Of a stretch of DNA of 64,000 bases, positions 21,201 to 35,200 are shown one piece after another. Below the pieces are notes generated by a model. The model was not told the DNA's origin. It did no database searches and worked only from the letters and a program-made list of their open reading frames with translations. The position numbers and the translations under genes are program-made. Source of the DNA: Tubiluchus corallicola (taxonomy: Eukaryota > Animalia > Priapulida); contig JAQGDQ010000012.1 of the NCBI GenBank assembly GCA_030141605.1, positions 496,001-560,000 on the forward strand, in the 5' to 3' direction. Position 1 is the first letter of the stretch, and every line of letters begins with the position of its first letter.

Positions 21201-23641
21201 ATGCGCCTGCTGGTAGCAGAACAAACTGAGACACCATACCAATAATAACACCTAAAATAGGGAAAAACAACATGATCACAGTTTTGTGAACCAAACGTTT
21301 GAGATCCTCATACAGATATACAGTACTGCTTGATTATTTGGCATATTTGCTAACTCTGTTGTATACATGTCTATCACTGCTACTAGCTAAAATATGATAT
21401 CGTTTGCTGTAAGCATAATTAAACATTTGAAGTTACTTCAAGAAAAGTTCAGAGCTTATTTCAAGTTGTGCAGCACAGAGTGACTAAAACGTGTATATGT
21501 AAGTATACGTGTAGTAGTAACCCAAGAAAAATTAAAGTATCAGTATTAATGAGTATAAGCCCAGATTTAACTTCTGGATTTACGGAGATAGGAAATTGTT
21601 TACTGTAACTTATAGAAATGTTGTATAATTGCATTTATTTCTCAGGACTTGGTTATTGAAAAAGGGCGAAGGCAACAAAAACCTAGAGAGGAATGTTTAT
21701 GTGAATTCTGTCAACCAAATAACTTTATAGAGGACGAGGAACATTTTATTCTTAGGTGTAAAAAAACTGGACTGACACACGTAAATTACATAAGTTGAAA
21801 ACTGTAGCTTTTCTGATCTAGTGCACAATTTTGATAGAATACATAAAATTCTCAGAATGTCTACTTTGTATACAAATATGCTTTAAAATTCACTTCTTTT
21901 TGATTCTTTTGTGAATGTGATAAAATAGTTTCTACGGTCATTGTAATATGCATTCTGACACTACAAAGTACACACATCATTGTAGTACGCTTTCCGTAAA
22001 TTTTTGTTAATTGTAAAAATTGATCTGCTGTAGTGAAATCTACTACATTTTATGGACTATGGATTTGTAGATTATGGAGAATAAATCTACTACTGCTGCT
22101 GGTGGTGGTACTACTACTGCTGCTGTTGCTGCTGCTGCTACTACTACTACTTCAACACAAACTTCTTATCTACATGCCTAAATTTTTTCAATGAAATTTT
22201 AACATCAGTGATTATTAAATATTATCGCTAATGCACATTAATTTACACCCTAAATACATGTACTTTCAGCTTCCTTGCAACTTTTGTCTGACTTGTACAG
22301 CAGTGACCCGCAATACGTTAGAATGTTCAAAGTTTCGGTTTGGTTGTTCATTTTGCTTCTGTATTTTCATCTGTTTCCAAACAGTTAAAAATCTGCAATA
22401 TTTGAAATGTATACTGTTCAAGCACATGCATTCATTTCTGACAGAAAATAAAAAAATATTTTTGGTTATCTAATTTGATTGCATTGTAGATCAGGCGTCA
22501 ATTTTTTTTACTTTAAAAATGTCCATGTTTATAATTATTACTATATTAATACTGCAATTAGTAGATTTTTGCTAACATATAACCCATGCTAGTGGTAGTC
22601 CATGCATGAGATCACGCGTTTTGTCATAGCTGTCTGTGTGTTGTGTCTGTCCGCGTAATAAAATGAAAACGGTTTAAGCTGTAGTCACCAAATTTGGCAG
22701 AGGGATAGGTCTGGGTAACACCTGGGAACACGTTGCTTTTCATCTCAAATGGTGAAACGCCATGAACATGAGGTTCAAAAAAGGTTTGAATTAACTTTTG
22801 CAGGCCTGTAGTCATATTGCTTTAAAACTCTTATTGCTATGTCAACCAGCATGTAATAACAGATCAGTCGAAGTAATTTTTTGCCATAGTGACTTCATGT
22901 GAGGGCATGTTTTGCATCTGCATTCACTGTCCTCTAGTTGTTCTTTTTAGAGTTTTATTTCTGCATTTGTAATTAGTATCTTATTATATAGCATTATAAT
23001 ATTATTTGATCTCATCAAGTGATGTGGTGCATGAGACGGCAAGTAAGTAGCGTTGCACATCTACATATTGAGTGTCAAGCTTTGTTATTGTAATCTGAAA
23101 TTTGCCCTGTGCTGTCTGTTCATAGATGGAATTATGCTTAGTTGTGACCTTAACTTGACCTTGACTGCTAATTGGTCGTTGATCATGCAATCACTGGCAT
23201 GTTTCAACTCATCTTTCCTCTTTTCTAAAGCTTTACGTTTAGTATATAACTATACAGTAAATTAACCCTCTTTCAATAACCTCTTTCAGTAGACATTATT
23301 TGTAAATACAATAACATATATACATACAGAAACATAGAAGACAAATATTTTTGCCTATACACACTATCATTCAGTTACTAAAGTGTAACAGGTTTTAACT
23401 ATGTAGTGATGCACTTAAATTTACCTGTTGGTGGCTTCACGTGTTTCCATACCTCAACGAGCGTCATTGTGCAGCCCATGCCAAACGTAGCTATGACGAC
23501 AGTCAAAATGGAAAGAACATCTGTCGTCTGCTTGAGCCTGTACAGCAGCAGTGCCTCATCATCCTCTTCTAAAACGTTTTCAGTTGCATTTGAATTGTTG
23601 AAATGTTCTACTGTTGTAGTAAATTCACCCAGCTCGTCCAT
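18236..23641 (-). CDS. SLC10A-family sodium/bile acid cotransporter-like protein, paralog A (4 exons, about 371 aa)
   Basis: Exons 23641-23425, 21251-21074, 20046-19842, 18751-18236 (1116 nt, GT-AG, phases 1/2/0). SBF-family motifs FGMGCT, GMVSQF, TCPGGAISNIFTYWTNGDVTLSIVMT, ALGMMPLNLYIYSRSW and RTIAIETGTQ. Confidence 0.94.
22088..22150. repeat. Compound trinucleotide microsatellite (CTA/CTG/GTG) in SLC10 paralog A intron 1
   Basis: tactactgctgctggtggtggtactactactgctgctgttgctgctgctgctactactactac read directly. Confidence 0.85.
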
Positions 23642-25543
23642 GTTGTCTAGTGAACTTACTGCATCAACTGAGACGTGCTGGCACTAACTGGATAAACGAG
23701 GGTCGGCTGGTCTACTAGCGTCCCTGTAGCCCAATAAGCCATTTGATGGGCTGGATTAAACTAGTTGTGGTTGTGCGCCCTTTGTTTACCTGTAATGCCC
23801 AGAACAATGCTTCGCGCCGTAAAACTGTCGTTACTACAAGAAGATTCTTCGATTGCAAACTTGTATCTTTAATAACTCACTAAACAAGTTAGCTAGCTAG
23901 TAATTAAAGTTATATATCACGTATTTTTTATTATATACAGCTGCTCCAAGAACTATCGTGTCTTGTCAAACAATACAAGTAGGTCTACATTGCTGAACGC
24001 CTGCGTGGACTAGTTAAAGACGAATGGAGCTAAATTATTTGTCCCTGACTGAATGAATGCATACTTCAGCGCTTGAATGGAAGGTTCTAGCGTTGACTTT
24101 GAACTAGACAACAGACAATGAAATTGTCTTATAATTCATTGGTGGCCTTTACCTATTTGCTGCTTTACAAAAAATGCCTCTTATTAGAATATATACTTTT
24201 CGACTATCTTAAACTACAAAAGCACTGAAACAGTATGTTGGTGACGTACAGTCTTTGGCTGAAAAAAATCTTGTTGAAGAATATGTTTGAGTGTTCTGAA
24301 GTCTTCTATATAATTCACGACTCTGCAAGTTGAGATGGAATGCAACAACATAGCGCACCCAATGCAGATAAGTTGTGGCAGGACCAGAACTTATTTACTT
24401 ATCAATAATGATTTTCTTGTATATGAGGCATTGAACCAACACAGGTTGACTCAGCCATGTTTGAATGTGTATGCATTTCTCGAACATAGTAAATACCTAT
24501 TGACACTGCAACAGATGAAACTGCTGAGAATAATTAATGAACACAGAGGTCACTCATCTATTCAGTAACTGAGCTAGACGTTGCTTAACTTCATTTGCTA
24601 AGCACACAATAACAACTCGGTATTTGTTTCACTATTAGTTCAGTCCTGGAGATGCGTAATGCCATTTTTCGTTATTGTCTTCATCATCGTCATCACCATC
24701 ATCAGTATAATAAATTTATGTCACTGAGATGTTGTAAGTTGATTCAGAATTATCATTATTATAAAGACCATGATTATCCTCTATAATTAAACTGAAAAAA
24801 AAACTGCAAGGAGATTTGAAATCAAACTACTACATACTTGTGTGAATAAGCCGACAGTTATAATCTAGCTTTTTTGGTCACTTTAATAGCTGGCTAAAGG
24901 TCTAATATTGTGAAAACATTAGGAAGGTAGGAAGCCAAATTTATGTATTATTAGCCTGAATTATATAGCTATGTCAACATTGTAGTATATGCTCTTGATC
25001 TGAGTTTACCACAGTTCTAACCTATTATGTAACCTTTGACATTTCATGTTCTGCTATGTTATGTCAGACAGAGACAACCTTAGAAATAGTGCTACCTAAG
25101 CATCTGCCCTTTCCGAAAGATTTTTAGGGTGCGACAGACAGACAGACAAACAAAGCAAAACAGTTATTCTGACAATTGCCTTTTGATATTCGTATCATTT
25201 AGAACTTTGAAGTGACTCAGTGATGAATGGCCTAGCCATGTTTGTTACTATTCGTGTCAGCTATTTTCTTTCTGTACATGAGTGCCAACAACTTTTTATT
25301 GCTCCAGATGAGGGACAGGAGAGATTTTTCGTATTCAGGCTCAGGGAGAGAAAATTTTAAAAAGCCTGATGTTGGTGATAATGATGACGATGATGATGAT
25401 TACAGTGATAATAAGATATGCATGTAGGTATTACGATGAAAGTAAGACTTGTTTCATGGAATTGTATATTGTCAGTCAGTTGTTACAAAAGTTTTTTCAT
25501 TACAAGACCTTAATTATTTTAGTGGCTTGTTCAAGTACCAAAA

Positions 25544-28500
25544 ATGAAACTTTGTATAAAAAGAGCTATAAACTATTGTTGTGAATTGCTAAGGTTAATG
25601 TCTCTTCTCAAAACATTGTTATATAACTGTGTGTGATTGGCTTCTTAAAAGTAATCTAAGTTGATTTTCTTGCAGTAGGTGGAAAGCTGCAGCTGTTGAG
25701 AATGAAAGTGATGTAATTGAAAATGAGGCAAACGAAACTTTAGATACGAAGCTGAAACTGAATGGTGAGAATACAAAATTTACAGAAAATTTCAATTTGT
25801 TGTTTCTGAACTTCATGTGTCATGAAATGTTATTATTCTTGTAAAAACTATAGTAAAATTTATTTTCATACTTTACATTAAAAAAATGTTACTGGCATTT
25901 TTTACAAGTGATGGTGTCTAGGAAGTAGGAAGATAATCATTTGAAAAACACTTGTCGTTATTTTTGCCTAATTTTAAGGCATCTTAAGCATGTTGATAGC
26001 AGATGTTTGGTCAGCATGATTTGTAAATCTGCTTATACATTTTCTTCACTTATCTGTTTTTAGATTTACCATACATGTAATACATTGAACCGAAAAGTTA
26101 AGTAATTTTTAGCTTGAGATATTCTGAAATTTGGTGTTATAGTCAGAAATTATGTACCATCCACGCATTTAGGTATCAGAAGTTATATTTCACTTTTTTG
26201 TGTGCTAGTACTCAATAGTAAAACATTATATCAAGTTTTCAATCTAATTGAAATGTATATTTGCTAGAAAAAGAAGTTGCAGAATTGGAAGAGCTAAGTT
26301 TAGTAGACAGTATTCTACAAAAAGCTCATATAACAAGGACCAACTTTCCTAAACAGGTATGTTACATTTTTTACTTTTTCACATTTATTTGATGATACAA
26401 AAGTATTATCAATACATACATAAGTATCAAAAAGTATAACATATTAATGTAACTTATAGCACTGTAAACCAAAACAACATTGCAAAAGTAAAAAAGACAA
26501 AAATGTAGCTAATATTAACACAAGCTAACGTACAAAGTCGAATAGTAGAAAAAATAGTTAAACCAGTTGTTTTTACACATGCTTAAGAAAGTCTTAGTGA
26601 ACATGCTTTTCCAATACATTTTTTCCAGAGTAGTGGAGGAACACTGGTATATGAGCTTTTAGAAGACACCACTATGGATCAGTGTGGAAGGACACCATTT
26701 GTAACTGACATGAATCATTGTGCAAAGGTGCCTGGGCTAACCACTGGTACAACTGAAGACATGTTGAGTGTAACTCATTTACCAAACCTAAGTGTGAAAA
26801 CAGCGGGCGCTCATTTAGATGAAGATGTTGTAGTTATTGCAAAATCCCAGTTGACTGATTTAGTGGCAGCTTTGCATTTAAACTCAAAGGAGTCTAAGTA
26901 TCTTACGACTTCGGAGACTGAAATCTTATGTAATGAACGCAAGAGAAGTCGACACTGGTCTACTAAGGTACACAAATCGCTTTCAGGTAACTATTTGAGC
27001 AGCGCTTCAAAGAGAAATGGTAAAGTGCCACCTGTTACACAAAAGCAGAAAATCTATGGACAGGGATTAGCGACAGGGTTATCAATGTCTAGTGAGGTGA
27101 AGCACTTAGAAAACAAACAAGCACCTAGCTCTGACCGTCATCATTTATCAAAGTCAGCTAGTCGTAGTAGACCGACTTACATGGATAGTGTTATACGATC
27201 CACTGATTATACACGTGTACATACAAAATCAAGAAATAAACTAAAGACATCAGCACCTATTATCAAAACCAAAAAGTCTACCACTTCAGCAGGTAGATGT
27301 TTTACGGATCATACAAGCATTGGTCAATCTAAGAAAGTTGAGTGTTCTGTGGAAACTGTTATTTCTTCTATGGGAGACACTACTCCAATCAAAAGCAAAG
27401 CGTAAGTTGAAATTTAAAGGAAATGAGTATGGTTTAGCTCCGTTATATCAATAAATGTGTTGCTGCAGTTCAGAAGTTATAAACATTACTTTTACAGGAG
27501 CAAAGTATGTTTAGTGTTAGAAAAAAAATATATATAAAATGTATTTGCTCATGCTAAATAAATCAACTATTATAGCTTTTATAAGATACTAACTAAACTC
27601 TGCAAAAGAATTTTACCCATAATCACACAGTGACAACCAACCAGTGCCTCATCCACATACACTACATTACATCAACTGCGCCATACCACCCATCACCTGC
27701 ACAACACATCACCCACACTACAATATGTGCAATATTACCCCACACAGCAATACACCACACCATCAAAATATGCCCACCACATCACACCATATGCACAGCA
27801 CCATATCCACTTCACCACACCACTCCATTCCACCCCACCCCATTCCACTGCCGGTGCCACCACATTGACAACAATGGCAAAAACGATGTTAAAGACAACA
27901 ACAACATCACCAGCAACAGCGAAAACAGCAGTCTCATGAAACCTTGCAAAAACATTTTATGAACAATCAAAACTGGGTGAATTTACAAATGATCTTAGAT
28001 CCATCTATTGATGATCATTAATGTGTGAACATCCTACATAGTGTTCGTGTACTATCCTTGCACTGTAATAGACTGTTAGACATCACTGTATTTTCCTAAT
28101 GCGAAGTCACCAGCTTTCACTGAAGCAGAGGTTACAGGCGGAATATATTGGAATGACATCAGAACAATGTAATGCGTTGCTATAGTTTAAAAGTGAGACT
28201 CTTCCAAAATTGAACCTCCAATTCACACAGCCATTCCTGCTGGTGCACGCATTCTAAAAAGTGACCTATATCATCATGTAGCTCAGTTTCTCCTTTCAAA
28301 GAACTGCAAAACCATCCACACCATGCTATGCCACATCATCCATGCCAGACAGTGCCTCTGCCACTGTCGCCACCACGGTGATGTCTATAGTGACAATGAT
28401 GATGACAAGAAAAGCAGCAACAGTAACAAAAACAACAACCTATTGAAACCATGCAACCCCTTAACAGGTACAAGTGTAACTGCTGGTAGTTTGATGCTGA

Positions 28501-31304
28501 AGCATAGTCTGTAGGCAGAATATAATAATTATGATGTCACTATATGGTTTGCGCCTATACTTTTACCAGCGATAAATCTCAAGAATATTATCTTGTTCTT
28601 TTAGGCCATGATGAAAGTTGCCGAAAAAGAGACCCAATCGTCGTGTAGCCCAGTTCTTTATCTTTTCATAGAACTGTATATGTTTCCCTTGAAGGCCCCC
28701 CACTGGGCACCTTGACAACGTTTTTCTACATGGCGCTCCCTCAAAATCCAGAAAATCTGGAGGTTGGGTCAGCAAAAATGCCTGTTGTTGGAAGCCGTCG
28801 GTTTCCTGCGACACCTAAATAGCCGTACTACACCGACAGTTGAACAGGCTGTCCAACATTGCACGCACCGTCTCTGCACATTCCCAGTCTTTCAAATAAG
28901 GATATGTTTTGTAAAAAATGGGTGAAAATGGTCATGTTTGGAGGTTTTTCACTCCCTGTTCCTCCTGGCAGCCACGGCTCAAAAAATAAACAATCCATGA
29001 GACAACACTAGATTTAGACTTTTCGTTTGATATTTAGATCACCGAAAATGGTGCAATCGTTGAAGCTGCAGCCTTGAATGTTACACATAAATCCAGATAC
29101 CAGCAGAATTCATATATAGTTGGATTTACTTACGTTTTTGTTTATATGCAGAGATAATCAGTTTGATTACAAGTTGTTTGAGGAACTTAAACATCACTTG
29201 TCTATGTATGCAAAACTGAGAAAAAAGCTGTCAACAACCTTTACGTCAGATCCTTGTTCAGAAGCACTGACATTCTGGCACAATTTAGAACAGGAGGTAA
29301 ATATCTAAATATTTATAAACTGAAATAACGTTATGGAAAACCCACAACTTACTATGTTACCATTTTGCTAGTTTTATATGTTTCCTGTATGGAATAGTCT
29401 TACATTCGTGGTTTCATAGTTTCTCTATTCTGTGATTTTTGCTAAAAATTTAGCTCGTGTCAAATTTTGTTATTTTATGAAACACAAAGTCTTAGTTACA
29501 TTATGAGCTATGGGGCCATCCACATATAATAATATCAAGCTTAGGGTAAGCAGGTGGCTGGAGAAGTGATAATGCCATTGTAATGCAAGGTAGGTAGGTG
29601 ATTTAGTCATGATATCGTTATCTGACTTGATGTTTTTTCACAGGTGTGTTGTGCTGAAAGCTTGATATCGTTATATGATATGTGGATGGCCCCTATGGAA
29701 CAGTCCATGCAACCAGTTAAGAGCCTTCCAGTGGGGATCCAACTGGCAATGCATTTCCTACATTTAGTATCTCTTGCGTCAAAAACCTGTTCAGATTTTA
29801 TTCATAATAGGTTGTGTTTTACAGATAATTTCCCCAAGTAATGTCATATTATTGCAAAACTTGAAAAGAAGTATTGAAGCTCCATTACTCCATGCATAAA
29901 TTCATAGCTGCTATGAACTGCAGTCTATTAAACTATTAAACTATTACATTCTTTGATAATATTTGGTGGTTATCACTTATTACTCCCGATTAATTAGTAC
30001 ATGTGTTTTACCTCTTACTAAAGATATCGTAACAGATTAACAGCACATATTAAGAAGTTGGTATAGTTTTTCAAGTACAGATTTTGTTCAATTGTGGTAA
30101 GAACTTATTTTTAGAAATATATTGAATATATAATGGAAATTATCAAACATTAACTTACATGAATAACAATTCAGATTATTGTAAAGGTTCATATCTGTGA
30201 TTTGAATATGTTAATGTTGTGCTTGATCTTTACAGGATTTACACATCAAGAATTTTTCAGTATTATCTCGAGAGCCTGAACAAATTTTGGTTGATATGAA
30301 AGGTATGCCATAGCTTTTCTCTCAAAATGCCTAATTCTTTACAGGTGGCCTCAGTGTTTACCTGCCTGAGAGGATTAATAATGACTTACCCACAGAATCG
30401 ATAAAAGATGCCTAAAAAAGGCAAATTTGGCAAACTGCTATGAATGACAGCAGGCCTAAGCAAAATAATAGCGAAAATTATCACGTTATAATCAACTGTG
30501 ACAAAAATAAATAATTATACATGAACAACTGTTATGTGGTAATGAAACAAGCCAACTTTCTTATTTATATTAGTCGACTAATATGTTTTTCTTTTATTAC
30601 TGAACTACATTTATTACAGGTTTTGCAATGCAGAAGCAATTAATATATAGCAACTTGACTGACCTTAATAATTTTGTCGATGTCATGTTTGAACTTGAGC
30701 ATATCTACATTCAGCACAAAGCCATATGCCATCTTGCAAAATTGCTGGCAGTATCAGATAAGACCAGGTAATTTGAAATGTGTCTAGTTTGAAATTAAAA
30801 ATATAAATGATGCATGTATTGATGTAATTGATTTTTATTGATGCAGTTAATCAATAAGTGAAGATTTTTATGAAGTGTTTGCATTGTATGCTTGCTGGCA
30901 CTGTATTATGTATAAAGAAATTACCTCATCTTTGTTTTATTCTGACTAAATATGCAACTTTTCTGAGGTTAAAGTGGGTTTTACCTAATTTAAAAAGTAT
31001 ATTCAGAGTTGTTCAGAGTTAAAAGAAAAAATAGCATAAAGTAAGGTAAATTTTTTTATTAAACTAAAGCATTATCGTTACATCAAGAATCAACAGCAAG
31101 GTAACATAGTGCTCTTAAATATAGCATGTTAAACAGGGTTTTACTTTCTGTAGTAATAGCTGCTGTGTCTCAAAAACTGTGTATGTCATTTTCATTTAGT
31201 CATTTAATTTCCTGTTTTTTAGCTTGGACCATGAATGGTTAAGAGTATTGTTTGGAGTAGCTACATATAAAGGTCGATTCTTGCCTTCATCATTGCTGGA
31301 ATAA
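25544..31304 (+). CDS. TEDC2: Tubulin epsilon and delta complex protein 2-like (C16orf59 family); 5' end uncertain
   Basis: Exons about 25523/25544-25593, 25676(or 25679)-25764, 26268-26356, 26629-27401, 29152-29296, 29644-29810, a small exon at 30081-30096 or 30024-30060, 30236-30302, 30620-30767, 31223-31304 (TAA). Four motifs match recalled human TEDC2 in order: CCELLSRW ~ CRRLLHAW; ELEELSLVDSILQKAHITR ~ ELEFLTQALEKAVRVR; LIYSNLTDL ~ LLYSSTQEL; WLRVLFGVATYKGRFLPS ~ WLALCRAVHSLLCEGGARVLT. AATAAA near 31542. Confidence 0.72.
27635..27950. repeat. Degenerate CACCA/CACAC-rich microsatellite followed by a CAA/CAG-rich tract; a related copy lies at about 28310-28455
   Basis: Low-complexity C/A sequence that produces His/Thr/Pro ORFs in three frames. 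Both copies end in tgaaacc(t/a)tgcaa. Confidence 0.7.
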
Positions 31305-32294
31305 TCTGCAACATCTTCACTCTAGCGATACATAATGTAAATATGCAGATACGTGTATTACAAATTGTTTTTTTTTACTATAAGTTACATGATAAAATCT
31401 CTACAAAGGCACAGCGTTTACATTGTTTATGTATTTCGTATGTTATAAAAGGTTTATATATATTCTGCAATATACTATCTTTGATAAAGTATTATATAGA
31501 ATTACATATATAGAATTTTATATAGAAATATTTTGTGAAATAATAAAAATAAATAAAAAATATTTAAAATGTAGATAGCACATTTTACACAGTTTTGAAA
31601 ACCAGGTTGAGTTGAAAGATTTGTTATTTATATTGTGTCAGAATTTCAAATTTTCCATGCGGGTGTCACACCTCTTAATTTACACGACAAAATCTCTATA
31701 GACAGGTTTAAATGTTCATGCTGAATTTACAGGGTTTTATATAGTCTACTATTTACTATCTTTGATAAACTTACATAAATATGTTTTTATTATTAAAAAC
31801 AACAATAATAATATTAAAATCATTATTTTTTAACTTATTGTCTGGAAAAATAGAAGGGAATGGTTTTGAAATTTTTGGTGTTTATACATAAGTGTTTGTA
31901 ACACGAGTGTGTTGATTTTCAGCTGATTTTGTTATTTTCTTATAGTATCGTGATCAAAACTTGCGCCACTTGACATAAAATGTAGCCAGCATATTTTGCA
32001 TTATTTGGAAGTCCATCTTAAGATGCGTTAATCTGTCGCCTGCTAAAAGCATGCAATCAGTTCAAATTTACAGTTACTGCCGACTGGTATTTTTCTGTAC
32101 TCCGTTTCTTCCTCTCTTTGGGAGGTATTCAATTTACTGTTACTGCCGACTATGTTTTTGCAGTTCTTCAGTTGCTCTGTTGAGGTAAAGCAGTGTGACT
32201 TAGACATCTGTACATTCGCTCGGTTATTCCACTTTTTGATGAGCTAATTGTAGACAATGAAATGGTGAGCCAGCCACCTGTAGACAAAATAAGT

Positions 32295-35200
32295 TCAGTC
32301 ATTTATCATTGCTGGATTTATTTCTCCTTGTTTTTCTCTCTTCGTTTTTTTATCAATTTCCTGCAGCTTCTTTTTGTCTAATGCCTTTTCATTCTTTTCA
32401 TGTTCTGATTCAGTTGTTAATGCTGGATTAATTTGTCCGGATTTTTCCTTCTCTGTTTTACCCAGTTCCTGCACATTTTCGTTGTTTGCTATGTCTTCAT
32501 TTTCCTTATCCCCTAATTCTTTGCTGAAGAACTTATGCTTAATCAGCTGATATATTCTCCATACTGCAGTCAACATTGTCAACTCCACCATCTGTAGAAT
32601 TCCAGCCGTCATGGGATACGCCATTATTGTCCACGAAGTCTCTTCAGGAAATGAATAAATGATGACCGTCAGACAGATAGCGACATTTTGCGTACCAGTT
32701 TCTATTGCAATTGTTCTACTGACCTTTGAAGACTGTCGACATATGGTGGCAAATATGTAACCCAAAATCCACCCAACTGGATTCTGTAAAGATGCTGCAA
32801 CATAGAGCCCTGGTGGTGATTCCCATATCCACGAGGGTCTTATGCGCCACCTCATTCCGATTATACAGTATATCATAACAACTGTAAATGCGCTCCCTAC
32901 CTGTAACAAATTGAATCAGAAAATTAACATTTCTGCTATTTTCTAAGTGCAGCGCATGTGGAAACCATTCGTTGTCAATCAAACTGTTTATGCTACATCA
33001 AAACTATTAATTGCTGTTTATGCTTTGGCTATTTTCAAATTATTTATTCACAGTCAAAACTCCAAGTAGGTCCCAGAACTCTCCAAAGTTTTGTAGAAAA
33101 ACCTGTTCCTGTCATTTCGTGCATTTGTTGCTCATAATATGTAATTTCGAAAAGGGAATCTTAGAATATCCCAAAAACCAAAAAGAACTTTCCGTGCTAA
33201 CTTAGCATTATGCTTACTTATTTGAAAGACATATAATTGGAAAAGAAAATTCTTAATAATTTGAAATGTTCACACCACTGGTAAACCAGCACTGCGTCGC
33301 TAAAATACATTATTGATTGTACTGATAATATAAAGTAACTTAAACTTTTGCGTAGTTAGCGAAAAGTGTGCTACATATGCTCTGGTTATCTTTTCAAACT
33401 TTACGCAATGTTATCTAGACTTGTTTCAGATGACTTATGGTTAAAATGACTGCGCCTAATGGTCATTGCATGAGTTTAAATTTACAAATTTTATACAGTC
33501 TTACTGCTAACACGAGCTCTGTGTGCAGTAAAACAGCATATGGTGATATGTATTTCAAGACAACTTTTTAAGATTTATTTATGAAGAATGTTTTCTTGTC
33601 CTTTCGCTCTGATATTCTGCACTGAGTGGAGAAATAAATTGCCAGAACTAGTCATGCTGTAAATTGGGGTGATTACTAATTAGCGTCCTACAAAAGTTTG
33701 TCAGTTTATTAGCCTACCTTTGTGATTATTTTTACTTTCTGTTTCCATTTCCAACGTACTGCCATGCCAATGCTAAGTGGAATCAACATGAGAAACAGTC
33801 CCAGAATGATGTTCTTGTAAGGAACTGCTATTTTGAGTGTTGTCCAGCTGCGACTATATATGAACAGGTTTAGAGGCATCATGCCCAGAGCCACCAATGT
33901 GGATACTGTTGTCATCACAATACTAATGAAACATACATTTAATTATTTAATGTTGTGTATAATTTTGTGATGAATTCTAGTAAGGTTTCTTATAATTTAC
34001 AGTCACTACATATTAAATTTAATATAGTTTTAGTAATAGTGGCAATAGCAGCTACTTATAACACAAAAACATTATTAATGTCTTATGCTTGTTAAAGGTG
34101 GGACTGTGCTTTTGAATACATTCACCTAAGAGTGACATCACCATTCATCCAGTAGGTAAACACATTAGAAACGGCTCCTCCAGGACATGTGCCTAGAAGC
34201 AATACTCCGAGAGCATATGTGGATTCTATCCTCAGTGCATGAGCCAATCCAAATGCTCCTGCTGGTAGTAGAACAAATTGTGATATCATTCCAATTATGA
34301 CACCTGTAAAAAGTAATAAAAAAAATCAGGTGACTTAGTCACATTGAATAAAATGACACTAAAGAATGGCATACCATTGTAAAAGAACCAGGCTTTTTAC
34401 AGTATGATGTACACCAATGCAGAGAATTAGTAAGAAAAATTGGTATTGGCTATAGTGAGTGTGACTCTTATTACCATGCTTTCTTTACAGTTTGGTCTGA
34501 CATAATTTGGAATCATTTGTGTAACCTCTAGGATGAAAAAAAGCACATAACAGTTTCAGTTTATTTGAGATGTCCTGCTAGTCTAACATTGAAGAGATAA
34601 TAATTATTAAATGTAGGAAGCAGATTTCAGGGACTATCTTAAGTACTATCTTCATTTACATACATTGAATTACATTTACTTGCTATTATAGGATTGCACT
34701 ACTCATCCAAAGATCCCAAGTTTTCAATTCTGAGCTCAGTTGTGATTTTTTACAATTTTTTTTCATTCAATCAAAGTCTGTTTTAAAAAAAAATTAATAC
34801 TTGTGAGTTTCTTTCATTGTTACATTTTTTCTAATTGTGATTATCTGTGTGTTGGGAGCGCAGTAGGACACTAGACGAAGTAGGACAATTGGCGTACATG
34901 GGCTAGCCAAAGTAGGACGCATCATCCAAGGGTGGACCAAGTAGGACAGTAGAGAGGGAGTATACCCAAGTGGTCTCTATGCGCATTTAGTAACCAAAGT
35001 TAAGCAACAACGAAGCTAGTTAGTAAGCGGATAGATCGAACATCACCGTATTCAGTACTCACTCAACATGTTGCCACAATCTAACGGCTAACGTTTATAT
35101 GCTTTTGTAGCATTGTATATTTCAGGATTTTTCAGGCCAGATTATCAAATTTGTTAAGATTAAAAACAAATTATAACCTTTTGTTGCATGTAATCAGACA

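Noticed and set aside
23795-23980. Possible first coding exons of the TEDC2-like gene (MPRTMLRAVKL..., LLQELSCLVKQY)
   Set aside because: The donors are weak and the phases cannot be joined consistently to the 25523 exon. The 5' end is left unresolved.
27630-27962. His/Thr/Pro-rich ORFs in three frames
   Set aside because: An artefact of a CACCA-rich microsatellite inside an intron; exons 27401 and 29152 join in phase without it.
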